Shown piece after piece: positions 9,934 to 19,635 of a DNA stretch of 64,000 nt. The stretch spans positions 576,001 through 640,000 of the forward strand of contig CBDFJG010000003.1 of the NCBI GenBank assembly GCA_965248445.1, read 5' to 3'. Under the pieces are notes generated by a model. It saw nothing but the letters and a program-made list of their open reading frames with translations. It did not search any database and was not told where the DNA came from. Made by a program: the position numbers and the translations under genes. The first letter of the stretch is position 1. Each line of letters begins with the position of its first letter. The stretch is from Planctomycetota bacterium. GTDB taxonomy: Bacteria; Planctomycetota; JAJSAM01; JAJVHW01.

Positions 9934-11216
9934 CACAGCCGGACCAGGCGTGCGCCCGGATAGTAGGTCGTGAGGATGTCCTCGGCCTTGAGTCCCCGCT
10001 CGGCAAGACCCTTCGCGCCCATCTGGCACAGCCCGACCCCGTGTCCCCAGCCGCGTCCGGCGACGTGCAACGCGCCGTCCGCGACGCGCAACTCGTCGAG
10101 GTGCACCGAGCGCAGCTTGCTCGGACCTGCCCGCAGGCGGAACTGGCCCGCCGCCACGTCGCGCGTGCCCTTGGTCGTCTTCACGCGGAGCGTGGTCGCT
10201 CGCTCGGCGCGGTCGCGTGCGGCGACGGTCACGGCCAGCAGCTCGCCGGTCAGTCCCGCCGCCCGCACGCAGTCCAGGGCAGGGATCTCCGCGGACCAGC
10301 GGTAGTACTTGCTGGCGGTGCACCATGCGCAGGGGACACCGGAGAGCGGGACGATGGGGGCGTCGGGGAACACAGACTGGACCGGCGAGGTGTGCCCGCC
10401 GCACGTCGAGTGGTAGTACGTGCGCAGCGGCGCCGACACATTCATCAGGACCATGCCGCGGGTGGACTGTGCCGCCTGCGCTGCCACAGCGCGATGCGTG
10501 TCCACCGTCGGGATGCCGACGTACTCCTGATCGGCGCCCCCGTGGTCGGCCATGTGGATGGGAGCGGCTGACAACCCTGCTCCGGAGGACGACCCTGCTG
10601 CGGACGAGGACAACGTGTATGTGCGCGCGATGATCGCCTGCGTACGCTGTGCCTCCGCGTGGAACGACGCCGGAAGCTCCCCCGGGACGACCCCGGCGAC
10701 GTACGTCTCGAGATCGGTCGCAATGGTCGCTTGGAACGAACCGTCGGCGCCTCTCTCCACGTACAGGACGCCGGGGTACACGCGGTCTCCGATGCGTAGA
10801 TCGCCCTCGGTGGCGGGATCCACGACGACGCCGTCCTCCGGGACGCGGAAGCCTGCAATCGATGCTTCGGTGCCGAGCACCAGGTCGCCGGACAGCGCGG
10901 ATCCCTGCCTTGCGGCGCGGCCGTTCGAGTCGATGAACTGGTACGCGCCGCGAATGGCGATCTTCGCGCGCCCGGCCTTGCTCGGCCGCGAGAGGCGGAT
11001 GCGGACTTCGGGCAGCGCGCGGGTCACGGCGGTGGCCGGTCCGTCGCGAGCCTTCGGTTCGTGGTCGCGCAGGATCTCCTCGACTTGTCGTCGCCGGTCG
11101 GTGCGCTTCGCCGGCGCCGGGCATCCCGCAAGGGCGAGTGCAATGAACGGCAAGAGGACCGCCATCAGTGCGCGCGGAGACGTGCGGTTCTCGGCAGGGC
11201 GGCAGCGAACGGCCAT
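9930..11216 (-). CDS. SpoIID/LytB-domain lytic transglycosylase-like lipoprotein (start may be 11165)
   Basis: Lipobox LALAGC; LETYVAGVVPGE, AQ..QAIIARTY, YYHSTCGG.T, GWGHGVGLCQMGA, ILTTYYPG. Confidence 0.9.
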   Translation of the reverse strand: MAVRCRPAENRTSPRALMAVLLPFIALALAGCPAPAKRTDRRRQVEEILRDHEPKARDGPATAVTRALPEVRIRLSRPSKAGRAKIAIRGAYQFIDSNGRAARQGSALSGDLVLGTEASIAGFRVPEDGVVVDPATEGDLRIGDRVYPGVLYVERGADGSFQATIATDLETYVAGVVPGELPASFHAEAQRTQAIIARTYTLSSSAAGSSSGAGLSAAPIHMADHGGADQEYVGIPTVDTHRAVAAQAAQSTRGMVLMNVSAPLRTYYHSTCGGHTSPVQSVFPDAPIVPLSGVPCAWCTASKYYRWSAEIPALDCVRAAGLTGELLAVTVAARDRAERATTLRVKTTKGTRDVAAGQFRLRAGPSKLRSVHLDELRVADGALHVAGRGWGHGVGLCQMGAKGLAERGLKAEDILTTYYPGARLVRLW

Positions 11217-11217
11217 G

Positions 11218-12312
11218 TCAGAAGAGCGATCCCTGCGCCGGAGCACGGCCGTCCTCGCTCTGCGCCCACTCCGTCCCGCGCGCCGTCAGTGAACGCCCGC
11301 GCGGCGTGCGCATCATCCAACCCTCGGTCATGAGGAACGGCTCGTAGACCTCTTCGACGGTCTCCTCCTCCTCACCGACCGCGACCGCCAGCCCCTTGAG
11401 TCCGACCGGCCGGCCGGCGCGGTGCAGCGCCAGCAGGAGACGGCGATCGGTCTCTCCGAATCCGTTCTCGTCGATGCCGAGCCGACGTAGGGCCTGTTCA
11501 GCCAGCTCCTCCGTGATGTGCCCTTCGCCTTCGACCTGCGCGAAGTCGCGTACGCGCTTGACCAGCCGGTTCGCGATGCGCGGAGTGCCGCGCGCGCGCT
11601 CCGCGAGGACCTGCGCCGCCACGGCGTCGACGCCGACTCGCAGCCGCTCCGCACTACGGGTGACGATGGCTGCCAGATCGGGCGAGGCGTAGGGCCGGAC
11701 CTTCTCCATCAACCCGAAGCGACTGCGGAACGCGGCGGAGAGCTGTCCCTCCCGCGTGGTCGCTCCGACGAGCGTGAACCGCTGCAGCGGGACCTTGACG
11801 CTGCGCGCACTCGGCCCCTGATCGATCAGGATGTCGATCTCGAAGTCCTCCATCGCCGAGTAGAGGACCTCCTCGACGGTCGCCGGAATGCGGTGGATCT
11901 CGTCGATGAACAGGAGGTCACCGCTGGCCAGGTTCGTGAGGATCCCCGCGAGGTCGACCGCCCGGACGAGTGCCGGTCCGCTCGTGGCGCGGCAGGCCGA
12001 GCCCATCTCCCGGGCGATGATGTGCGCCAGGGAGGTCTTGCCGAGACCGGGCAGCCCCGACAGCAGCAGATGGTCGAGCGGCTCCCCGCGGTCCTGAGCT
12101 GCCTGGATGAACACACGCAGGTTGTCGACAAGAGCGGACTGCCCGACGAACTCGTCGAACGAGCGCGGTCGCAACGCGACGTCGAGACCCTCGTCGCCTG
12201 CGACCCCGTCGGGTTGCAGGAAGTCGGCGGGCAGGAACTCTCCGCCCGATGACTGGTCACCCTGAGACCCGGCAGGCAGGGACCCGGCAGGCAGAGATCC
12301 GTCGGCGCTCAC
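11218..12312 (-). CDS. ruvB: Holliday junction branch migration helicase RuvB
   Basis: LRP.SFDEFVGQ, GLPGLGKT, LFIDEIHR, VGATTR, RGTPRIANRL, EPFL...RTPRGR. Confidence 0.97.
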   Translation of the reverse strand: MSADGSLPAGSLPAGSQGDQSSGGEFLPADFLQPDGVAGDEGLDVALRPRSFDEFVGQSALVDNLRVFIQAAQDRGEPLDHLLLSGLPGLGKTSLAHIIAREMGSACRATSGPALVRAVDLAGILTNLASGDLLFIDEIHRIPATVEEVLYSAMEDFEIDILIDQGPSARSVKVPLQRFTLVGATTREGQLSAAFRSRFGLMEKVRPYASPDLAAIVTRSAERLRVGVDAVAAQVLAERARGTPRIANRLVKRVRDFAQVEGEGHITEELAEQALRRLGIDENGFGETDRRLLLALHRAGRPVGLKGLAVAVGEEEETVEEVYEPFLMTEGWMMRTPRGRSLTARGTEWAQSEDGRAPAQGSLF

Positions 12313-12395
12313 GGACCGGCATGCTCCGCGGGAGCCAATCGATCCGCTGGAGCGCCCACTGAATCGAATGAGCTGTCCACGGAATCGAGTGAGAA

Positions 12396-12537
12396 CGGGG
12401 ACCCAGCTGGCGTCGTGGTCACGGGCCCTTTCTGGGCCAAAGACCCAATCACTGGACGGGCGCGGTCGGTTGGGGCGTTCACGGCCTTATGAGGTCCGTT
12501 CAGGGGATGCGCGAGCGTACACGCCGAGAGGGACCCG
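12396..12537 (-). ncRNA. Structured RNA, candidate 6S RNA (ssrS-like)
   Basis: Ends pair as a rod: CGGG.CCC/GGG..CCCG, GGCGU/ACGCC, UCGCG/CGUGA, CCC.CUG/CAG..GGG. The UCCCCUGAAC segment resembles the 6S 5' stem/bubble junction. Shorter than a typical 6S. Confidence 0.45.
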
Positions 12538-12659
12538 CCGTAGTTGTCTGGCTCGTCCGCGCACGCGGACGATGCGGTGCGATCCGGAGCGCCGGGCATT
12601 TTCGGCGGCGACGCCGGTTTCGATGCCCGCGCGGGGAGCCGGCGCACCATCATCCGGAG

Positions 12660-13409
12660 ATGGCCTCGATGCAGGAGCCGGCCCGCATCCGCGGGATGTT
12701 CGCCGCGATCGCGGGTACGTACGACGTCCTCAACCATGTGCTCAGCCTCAACCAGGACAAGGGGTGGCGGCGGTTCACGGTGGAGGCCGCCGGCGTGCGC
12801 CCGGGAGACACGGTGCTGGACGTCTGCACCGGCACCGCCGACCTTGCTCTCGAACTGGCCGAAGCCGTCGGTCGCGGAGGCCGCGCGATCGGGACCGACT
12901 TCTGCGAGGAGATGGTCCGGCTCGGATCGGGCAAGGCGGGCGAGGAGGCGGGCGCCCCGCAACTCGGCGTCGCCGACACACTGCGGCTCCCGTTCCGCGA
13001 CGACACGTTCGACGCCGTGACGGTGGGATTCGGTATCCGCAACGTGGCCGATCTGGGCGCCGGGATCCGCGAGATGATGCGCGTGGCGCGTCCTGGCGGG
13101 CGGGTCGCGATCCTCGAGTTCACGCAGCCCTCGAACCCCCTGTTCCGGTTCGTCTACTACGTCTACTTCCTGATCCTCCTGCCGATCCTCGGGAACCTCG
13201 TGGCCGGCGGGAAGCGCAACGCGTACGGCTACCTGCCGCGGTCGGTGCTCACGTTCCCTGACCGCCACGGCCTCGCCCGCGTGTGCGAGCAGAGCGGCCT
13301 CGCCGACGTGCAGGTGCACACCCGCACATTCGGGATCGTGACCGTGCACGTCGGGCGCAAGCCCCATGAGACGGCCCGACTCGTGAGGGATCCGGGGGCA
13401 AGTCGATGA
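12660..13409 (+). CDS. menG: Demethylmenaquinone methyltransferase (UbiE/MenG)
   Basis: MF..IA..YD.LN..LS, VLDVCTGTAD, LPF.DDTFD, FGIRNV, ILEF, Y.YLP.SV..FP. Confidence 0.92.
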   Translation: MASMQEPARIRGMFAAIAGTYDVLNHVLSLNQDKGWRRFTVEAAGVRPGDTVLDVCTGTADLALELAEAVGRGGRAIGTDFCEEMVRLGSGKAGEEAGAPQLGVADTLRLPFRDDTFDAVTVGFGIRNVADLGAGIREMMRVARPGGRVAILEFTQPSNPLFRFVYYVYFLILLPILGNLVAGGKRNAYGYLPRSVLTFPDRHGLARVCEQSGLADVQVHTRTFGIVTVHVGRKPHETARLVRDPGASR

Positions 13410-14017
13410 AGCACGTCCTGCTGGCACTCTCCGGGGCCAGCGGCATCCGGTACGGCCTGCGCGCAGCGCGTGTGCTGCACGCGAACGGTGTCCGGCTGAC
13501 GCTCGCCGTCACCCGCGGTGCTGCGCGTGTCGCCGAGATCGAGGAGGGCCTGCGACTCGACCCGGAGGCGCCGGACGTGAGCGCTATTCTCGATCTTCCG
13601 CCGGAGGCCACGGCCGGAGAGACGCGGGGCGTCGCGCTCTCGGACATCGCCGCCGGCCCGTGTTCCGGAACGCACCCCGTCGATGGGATGATCGTCGTGC
13701 CGTGCTCGATGGGCACGCTCGCGCGCATTGCCGGCGGCATGTCGTCGAACTTCGTCGAGCGCGCGGCCGACGTCATGCTGAAGGAGGGCCGCCCGCTCGT
13801 TCTCGTGCCGCGCGAGGCGCCTCTCTCGCGCATCCACCTCGAGAACATGCTCCGCGTGCACGATGCGGGCGCCGCGATCGTGCCGGCGTCCCCCGGCTTC
13901 TACCATCAGCCCGAGTGCATCGACGATCTGGTCGACCAGGTGGTGCAGAAGGCCCTCGACCGGCTCGGTTCTCCGGCCGAGTTGATCCGCCGCTGGAAGG
14001 CGCCGCCCTCGTCGTGA
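13406..14017 (+). CDS. ubiX: Flavin prenyltransferase UbiX
   Basis: ALSGASG..YG, VPCSMGTLA.IA.G, RAADV.LKE.R.LVLVPRE, IHLENML, PGFYHQP. Confidence 0.95.
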   Translation: MKHVLLALSGASGIRYGLRAARVLHANGVRLTLAVTRGAARVAEIEEGLRLDPEAPDVSAILDLPPEATAGETRGVALSDIAAGPCSGTHPVDGMIVVPCSMGTLARIAGGMSSNFVERAADVMLKEGRPLVLVPREAPLSRIHLENMLRVHDAGAAIVPASPGFYHQPECIDDLVDQVVQKALDRLGSPAELIRRWKAPPSS

Positions 14018-14922
14018 CCTCGACTGCGGTGACCGAACGCCGCGGACTCGCTGCGGTGGGGTCGATCCTGGCGGACATCCGGTTCGAGCAGACGCTCTTC
14101 TCGTTGCCGTTCCTGCTCCTGTCCGCGTTCGTCGCGGCAGGCGGCCCACCCGCAGCGCGCGTGCTTGGCTGGATCCTCGTCGCGCTGGTCGCGGCGCGGT
14201 CCGCGGCGATGGCCGCGAATCGCTCGGCTGATGCGCTCATCGATGCGCGCAACCCCCGCACGGCGGAGCGCGCCGTTCCAGCCGGCCGCGTCTCGCGCGC
14301 GTTCATGGCCGTCTTCGCCGCCGTCGCGGCCGCCGTCTTCGTGCTGGCGGCGGCGCAGCTCAACCCGCTCTGCCTCGCTCTGTCGCCGGTCGCCCTGCTG
14401 TTCCTTATCGGGTACTCGTGGACCAAGCGGGTAACCGCCCTGTGCCACCTGTTTCTCGGAGCGGCCATCGGGATCGCACCGCTCGGCGCTTGGGCGGCGG
14501 TGCGCGGGACGTTCGCGAACGCCAGCGGTGCGGTCGATTGGACGCCCTGGCTGCTCGGCGGCGCCGTCGCGGCGTGGGTGGCCGGGTTCGACGTGATCTA
14601 CGCGTGCCCCGACGCCGATCGCGACGCCGCGGACGGGCTGCACTCGATCCCGGCACGACTGGGCGCCTCCGGCGCGTTCCGCGTCGCCGCGCTGCTGCAT
14701 GTCGCCGCGCTCGGCTTGTTTGCGGGAGGCGGCATCCTGGGCGGTCTGGGGCCCGTGTTCTGGGTGGCCGCCGCCGTCGGAGCCGGAATCCTGGTCCTCG
14801 AGCACCGGTTGGTTGGCCCCGGGCGGTACGAGCGAATGGGGCTGGCGTTCTTCCGCTTGAACGCGCTGTTCAGCGTGCTCCTGGCCGGGGCCGGAATCGT
14901 CGACGTCCTGCGCTCCGCTTGA
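14014..14922 (+). CDS. UbiA-family prenyltransferase (MqnP-like, futalosine pathway)
   Basis: I.FE.TLF.LPF, ARSAAM..NR..D..IDARNPRT..R, YS.TKR.T, WVAGFD.IYA..D, G.HSIPAR.G, AFF..N; multiple TM helices. Confidence 0.9.
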   Translation: MTSTAVTERRGLAAVGSILADIRFEQTLFSLPFLLLSAFVAAGGPPAARVLGWILVALVAARSAAMAANRSADALIDARNPRTAERAVPAGRVSRAFMAVFAAVAAAVFVLAAAQLNPLCLALSPVALLFLIGYSWTKRVTALCHLFLGAAIGIAPLGAWAAVRGTFANASGAVDWTPWLLGGAVAAWVAGFDVIYACPDADRDAADGLHSIPARLGASGAFRVAALLHVAALGLFAGGGILGGLGPVFWVAAAVGAGILVLEHRLVGPGRYERMGLAFFRLNALFSVLLAGAGIVDVLRSA

Positions 14923-15078
14923 CGTCGGGGCCGTCGGCGGCAGCGGCTAGTCTCGTCGGGTTGCGGGGCGGTTCGCCGCTCGGCGTGCTGACTGCCCGGC
15001 TCGCGAGACTGGTTTCTACGGACGGCTGGGTTACGAGGTCGGCTGGGCTACGAGATCGGATTCGGAGGATCGGACCGG

Positions 15079-15630
15079 ATGTCACTCGCGAGTTGGCTGG
15101 CTGACGGCGGAGAGCCGGGCCGCATGTCGCCCGAGGAGGTCAGGCGGCAGCTGAACCTGCTCGCCGTGCGCGAGGAGCAGGTCATTGCGCGGCTCGAGGC
15201 CCGCTCTGCCGAACAGACCGATCTCGTGGACCGGGGGACCTGGACGCGGTCGGAGCCGCTGCGCCGGGCGCTGGCCCGGCGTCACGGACGGCTCGACGAG
15301 GACGTCGTCGCCCTGGATCGCGAGCTCTCGCGGATCGGCAAGGAGATGGCGGGCCTGACCGCCATCAAGGCACTGCTGCGCGACGGGGTGCCGCTCGCGG
15401 CGCCGGGGGACTGCGCCCCGCTGCTCGCGCAACTCGACGACACGGGCGTCAGCGACGCCGAGTTCTCCGATCAGCTCGAGCGCAGCCTGCGCGCGGGAGA
15501 CGTGCCACGGGGCAGCGCGCGCAAGCCGTCTAACGCCCCGGACCTGATCGAGGTCTGGAAGCGCCTGGACCGCGGCGAGGTGACCGACGTGCGCGAGGCC
15601 ATGCGCCGCCGCCCCGAGCGGGACGCGTGA
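15079..15630 (+). CDS. Hypothetical all-helical coiled-coil protein (possible ESCRT-III/Snf7/PspA-like)
   Basis: GGAGG RBS upstream; operon position; predicted long helical hairpin with an N-terminal W-containing amphipathic segment. Confidence 0.6.
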   Translation: MSLASWLADGGEPGRMSPEEVRRQLNLLAVREEQVIARLEARSAEQTDLVDRGTWTRSEPLRRALARRHGRLDEDVVALDRELSRIGKEMAGLTAIKALLRDGVPLAAPGDCAPLLAQLDDTGVSDAEFSDQLERSLRAGDVPRGSARKPSNAPDLIEVWKRLDRGEVTDVREAMRRRPERDA

Positions 15631-15646
15631 CTCGCGAGAGCATCTC

Positions 15647-16726
15647 GTGAGCCGGGCGAAGGGCCTGCAGCCCAGCGGGCTCGCGCGCGCACTCGGTGAG
15701 CGCGCCGACGTCCGCGTGGTGGTCGGCGTAGGGCCGGAGACCTTTCATCGCGAGAGCGTTCTCCGCACGGTCGCCGAGAAGGTGCTCGGCGATACGGAGA
15801 GCACGGGAATGGTCGTGCTCTCGGGAGCGTCCACGTCCACCGACGTCGATCAGGAGACGCTCGCGCGCTTCTTCGACGAGACGCGTACGGGCTCGCTGTT
15901 CGGCGGGCGCAAGGTCGTGGCATTGCGCGCGGCGGACGGACTCGTGTCCCGGCACCGCATCGCGTTCCTGGCGTGGCTCGCGGATCCGGGTCGCGCCGCA
16001 GTGACCGTCATCCTGGCGCGCGACCTGCCGCCGACGGTGCGCGCGGCGGCGCAGACAGCCGGTCTGGTCGTCACCTGCGGAACCACGCGTGGGCGGGGCG
16101 ACGAGCACCCGGGACGCTTCGTCGCGCGGCGGGCCGAGGAGCGGGGCAAGCAATTCGCCCGTCCGCAAGCTGAGTTGCTGGTGGAGTTGCTCGGCCGCGA
16201 TCTGCAGACGCTGGACAGCGCGGTCGAGGTGCTGTCGCTCCACGCGGGCGACCGCGACAGGATCACGGACGAGGACATCGACGCGCTCTTCACGTCCGCC
16301 CGCGAGGGCTCGGTCTGGGCGTTCGGTGACAGACTGCTCGAGGGAGACGTGGCCGCGGCGTTGCACGAAGCCGAGCGGTGCTTTGTGGACGGCGTCCCGG
16401 AGCGTCGCGGGAGCGCGCGGGTCTTGCGCGGTGAGACACCCGTGGCGCATCGTCTGGTCTCGGCCTTCGCGACCGTCGCGTGCCGGGCACTGTCTGTGCG
16501 CGAGCAGCTCGATGCAGGGACGCCGCGCGAGTCCGTGACGGTGTCGGGTGGCAGCTCACCCTGGATGCGCGACGGTGCGCTGCGCGCCGCGCGTCGGCGG
16601 CCCCGCCGCGCGTTCGAGGCTCTGGTCGTGTACGCCGAGGAGACCGATCGCGGCCTGAAGTCCGGCGGGCCCGGTGGCCGCGTCGCGGTGGCCCGTCTCG
16701 CAGCCGCAGTGGCGATGATCTCGTGA
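15647..16726 (+). CDS. holA: DNA polymerase III subunit delta
   Basis: G.E.F, T.SLFGGRKVV, LVELLG.DL..L...VE.L.L, ITDEDI..L, D.GLKSG. Confidence 0.8.
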   Translation: MSRAKGLQPSGLARALGERADVRVVVGVGPETFHRESVLRTVAEKVLGDTESTGMVVLSGASTSTDVDQETLARFFDETRTGSLFGGRKVVALRAADGLVSRHRIAFLAWLADPGRAAVTVILARDLPPTVRAAAQTAGLVVTCGTTRGRGDEHPGRFVARRAEERGKQFARPQAELLVELLGRDLQTLDSAVEVLSLHAGDRDRITDEDIDALFTSAREGSVWAFGDRLLEGDVAAALHEAERCFVDGVPERRGSARVLRGETPVAHRLVSAFATVACRALSVREQLDAGTPRESVTVSGGSSPWMRDGALRAARRRPRRAFEALVVYAEETDRGLKSGGPGGRVAVARLAAAVAMIS

Positions 16727-18525
16727 GCGCGCGCGGCACCTCCGATCCGACCGGCGCGCCTGCAGCCGGCTCGCGAATTCGCCGCCTACCGCGAAAGGTC
16801 GTCGATCGCATCGCTGCCGGAGAGGTCGTCGAACGCCCGGCGTCGGTCGTCAAGGAGCTCGTGGAGAACGCGCTCGACGCGGGCGCAACGCGCATCGACG
16901 TCGAGACGGCGGAGGGCGGCCGCGACCTCATCATGGTGACCGACAACGGCACGGGCATGGGACAGGAAGATCTCGCGCTCGCCTTTGCGTCGCACGCCAC
17001 GAGCAAGCTCTCCGACGTCAGCGACCTCGACCACGTCGCGTCCTTCGGATTCCGCGGCGAGGCGCTTGCGTCGATCGGCGCAGTGGCGGATTGCCGGATC
17101 ACGTCCCGCGAGCGGGGCGCGGAGCACGGCAACACCGTCGCGTGTGACGGCGGCACTCCGTCCGAGATCGAACCGGCAGCCTGCGCGGAGGGAACACGGG
17201 TCGAGGTCCGGCACCTGTTCCGTCACGTGCCTGCGCGGCGGAAGTTCCTGCGCACGGCAGCCACGGAGTCGTCACACATCGGCTCCCTGCTTCACCGCAC
17301 CGCGATCGGACACCCGGGTGTGGCGATCTCGCTGACACGCAACGGTAAGCACGTCTTCCGGGTTAGCGCAGAGGAGGACCGCCGCGAGCGCATCGCACGG
17401 TTCTTCGGCCGGCAGTTGTTCGCTGCATTGCTCAGGGTCAAGGGCGAGAGCGACGGACTGCGACTCTCGGGCTACGTGGCGCCGCCCGGTCAGGCGCGCG
17501 GCACCGCCGCCTGGATGCACGTCTTCCTGAACGGGCGGCCGATCAGCGACCGCGGCGTGTCGCACGCCGTGCGGCACGCGTTCGAAGGGCTGCTCACGAG
17601 GGGCAAGCACCCGGTGGCGTTCCTGTTCCTGTCGGTTCCGCCCGATCGCGTCGACGTGAACGTGCACCCGGCGAAGAGCGAGGTGCGCTTCCAGGACGGT
17701 CAGGCCGTGCACCAACTGGTCCGCCGCGCCGTTCGGCGCGCTCTACTCGCAACCGAGCTGGGACGCGAGATCGTGCCGGACGCCGCCCGGGGTGGTTCGC
17801 CGTCGAACGGGCAAGGCAGCATCGCGCACGCCGAGGGCGTTCGCGAGGCGCTGACGGACTATCTCGCCCGCCCGGCTGCGCCCGGTCAGCGGCCGGGCTC
17901 GGGGTTCCACGCCCCGCGTTCGTCGCCCGGGGACGCGCGAGCTCCGGCGCCGATGCGCGCCATGCGCTTCCTGCAGGTCCACGACTCGTTCCTGGTCCAC
18001 GAGACCGAGGAGGGCGTCGCGATCCTCGACCAGCACGCGCTGCACGAGCGCATCCTGCTCGAGGAGTTGAGCGAGCGCGTCCGTTCCGGAACACCTACGG
18101 TCCAACCGTTGCTGGTGCCCGCCATTGTCGAGTTGCCGACGGGAGACATCGACGCGCTGCTCGCCCATGCGGACGAACTGACTTCGATCGGCGTTCGCAT
18201 CGGGCGCTTCGGTGAGAGCGAGATCGCGGTGCACGCGCTCCCGGCGTTGCTGTCGGGTCGTGATCCCGAGAGGATCCTGCGCGGGATCGCCGAGCGACTG
18301 CGCAGCGGCAAGGGCGCAGGATCGCGCACCGCGATCCTCGATGGCGTGCTGCACTCCATGGCGTGCCGCGCCGCGGTGATGGCCGGCGACCCTCTCACCG
18401 AGGCGCAGGCCGCGGAACTGCTGCGGCGCGCGGACCTGATCGAGAACCCGCACGGCTGCGCGCACGGACGCCCGACCGTCCTGCGTATCCCGCTACGCGA
18501 GCTGAGGCGGCATTTCGAGAGGTGA
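16723..18525 (+). CDS. mutL: DNA mismatch repair endonuclease MutL
   Basis: IAAGEVVERPASVVKELVENALDAGA, HATSK, GFRGEALASI, DVNVHPAK.EVRF; endonuclease motifs DQHALHERILLE, ACR, CAHGRP. Confidence 0.98.
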   Translation: MSARGTSDPTGAPAAGSRIRRLPRKVVDRIAAGEVVERPASVVKELVENALDAGATRIDVETAEGGRDLIMVTDNGTGMGQEDLALAFASHATSKLSDVSDLDHVASFGFRGEALASIGAVADCRITSRERGAEHGNTVACDGGTPSEIEPAACAEGTRVEVRHLFRHVPARRKFLRTAATESSHIGSLLHRTAIGHPGVAISLTRNGKHVFRVSAEEDRRERIARFFGRQLFAALLRVKGESDGLRLSGYVAPPGQARGTAAWMHVFLNGRPISDRGVSHAVRHAFEGLLTRGKHPVAFLFLSVPPDRVDVNVHPAKSEVRFQDGQAVHQLVRRAVRRALLATELGREIVPDAARGGSPSNGQGSIAHAEGVREALTDYLARPAAPGQRPGSGFHAPRSSPGDARAPAPMRAMRFLQVHDSFLVHETEEGVAILDQHALHERILLEELSERVRSGTPTVQPLLVPAIVELPTGDIDALLAHADELTSIGVRIGRFGESEIAVHALPALLSGRDPERILRGIAERLRSGKGAGSRTAILDGVLHSMACRAAVMAGDPLTEAQAAELLRRADLIENPHGCAHGRPTVLRIPLRELRRHFER

Positions 18526-18684
18526 GCGACGGCGCCGCGAAGCGGCGTGAGGACTCTCCGCGGGAGAGTCCGAGAGGAGCGAACGCGAGCGCAGGCCCTG
18601 GGCCGGAGCGAGTGTGCGCCTTCCCCATAACTCGCTGAACGCGGCGAAGCGATGTCGCCACAGCGGATCGGCACCCTCGCTCAC

Positions 18685-19635
18685 CTACTTCGAAGACGAC
18701 CAGAACTCCGCCGGGTCACGCACCGCAAACACCGAGTTCGGCAGCGGCGTGAACGTGATGTCGGAGATTCGCAGTATCAGGCGCGGCTCTTCGTCGTCGG
18801 GTCGCGGCGCCGTGGTCGTCTCGTCTCGCTCGTGCGTTTGCAGGATCATGGGCACGCGCATCGTGGCTCCGTGCACGTTCGGCCACTTGGCGTGGTACTC
18901 GAAGCGCAAGTCCTGCGTGCGCCCGCCTTCGACGAGCGGCGGGATCCTCACCGCGACGAGATCGCGCGTGTCCTCGTCGATCCAAATCTTGAATGGCAAC
19001 GCAGCGCGGGCGCTCTCCGGCGGGCGGCGCAGGAACGCACGCCCGCGGTGTGTCTTGTCCTCGAGCCGTGACCACGCGCTGCCGTCGGCGATCGTGCGAC
19101 GCAGCACCAGAAGCTCCGCGAGCGTCCCGATCAGGCGTCGGCGGTCGCGCAACTGCGTCAGATCCTCGGGGTGCGAGTCCTCCTTGAGCGGGGTGGACGC
19201 CGGTTCCCCCTCTGCCCAGAACCAGCCAATCTTGCGCGGCCCGAAGAGGCAACGCGAAGAGGCCTTGCCGTTCATGTTGAGATGCTCGATGAAGGACGTT
19301 TCGCCTGTGTCGTGACGGCGCCAGGCGAATGCCGCGCGATCCGTGTCGAAGCCTTTCCGCAGAGTCACACCATCGGCCTGCCGAGTCGGCTGCCAGCCGC
19401 TCACGCGCCCGAAGTGCAACTGCAGTGACGTGACGCCGTCCAACAGCGTGCCGCCGCCCTGGCGCGTGGCGGCACGCACGAGGAACGCCCGGTCTGCGTT
19501 GGAGAGCTTGTTCGCCGCCGCGGTCACGGGGGCCTTCTTGGCCGGCGGGGGAAGGGGTGCGCCGCGCTTCTCGTCTTGTGCCGACGCAATCGCGGTCACG
19601 AGAGCGACGAACAGGACGACGGCCGGACGGCGCAT
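18685..19635 (-). CDS. Secreted hypothetical protein (paralog of 19635-20567; possibly LolA-like beta fold)
   Basis: Signal peptide ending ASA-QD; shares RQGG, FGRV, HP.D, DGS.W..LED and F..P motifs with its neighbour; TGATG coupling. Confidence 0.75.
   Translation of the reverse strand: MRRPAVVLFVALVTAIASAQDEKRGAPLPPPAKKAPVTAAANKLSNADRAFLVRAATRQGGGTLLDGVTSLQLHFGRVSGWQPTRQADGVTLRKGFDTDRAAFAWRRHDTGETSFIEHLNMNGKASSRCLFGPRKIGWFWAEGEPASTPLKEDSHPEDLTQLRDRRRLIGTLAELLVLRRTIADGSAWSRLEDKTHRGRAFLRRPPESARAALPFKIWIDEDTRDLVAVRIPPLVEGGRTQDLRFEYHAKWPNVHGATMRVPMILQTHERDETTTAPRPDDEEPRLILRISDITFTPLPNSVFAVRDPAEFWSSSK

Noticed and set aside
15023..15059. 17-bp imperfect tandem repeat upstream of the 15079 gene
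   Set aside because: Two copies only; no further support for function.
18526..18684. Hairpins between mutL and the convergent gene
   Set aside because: No U-tract and no clear match to other repeats; cannot be classified.
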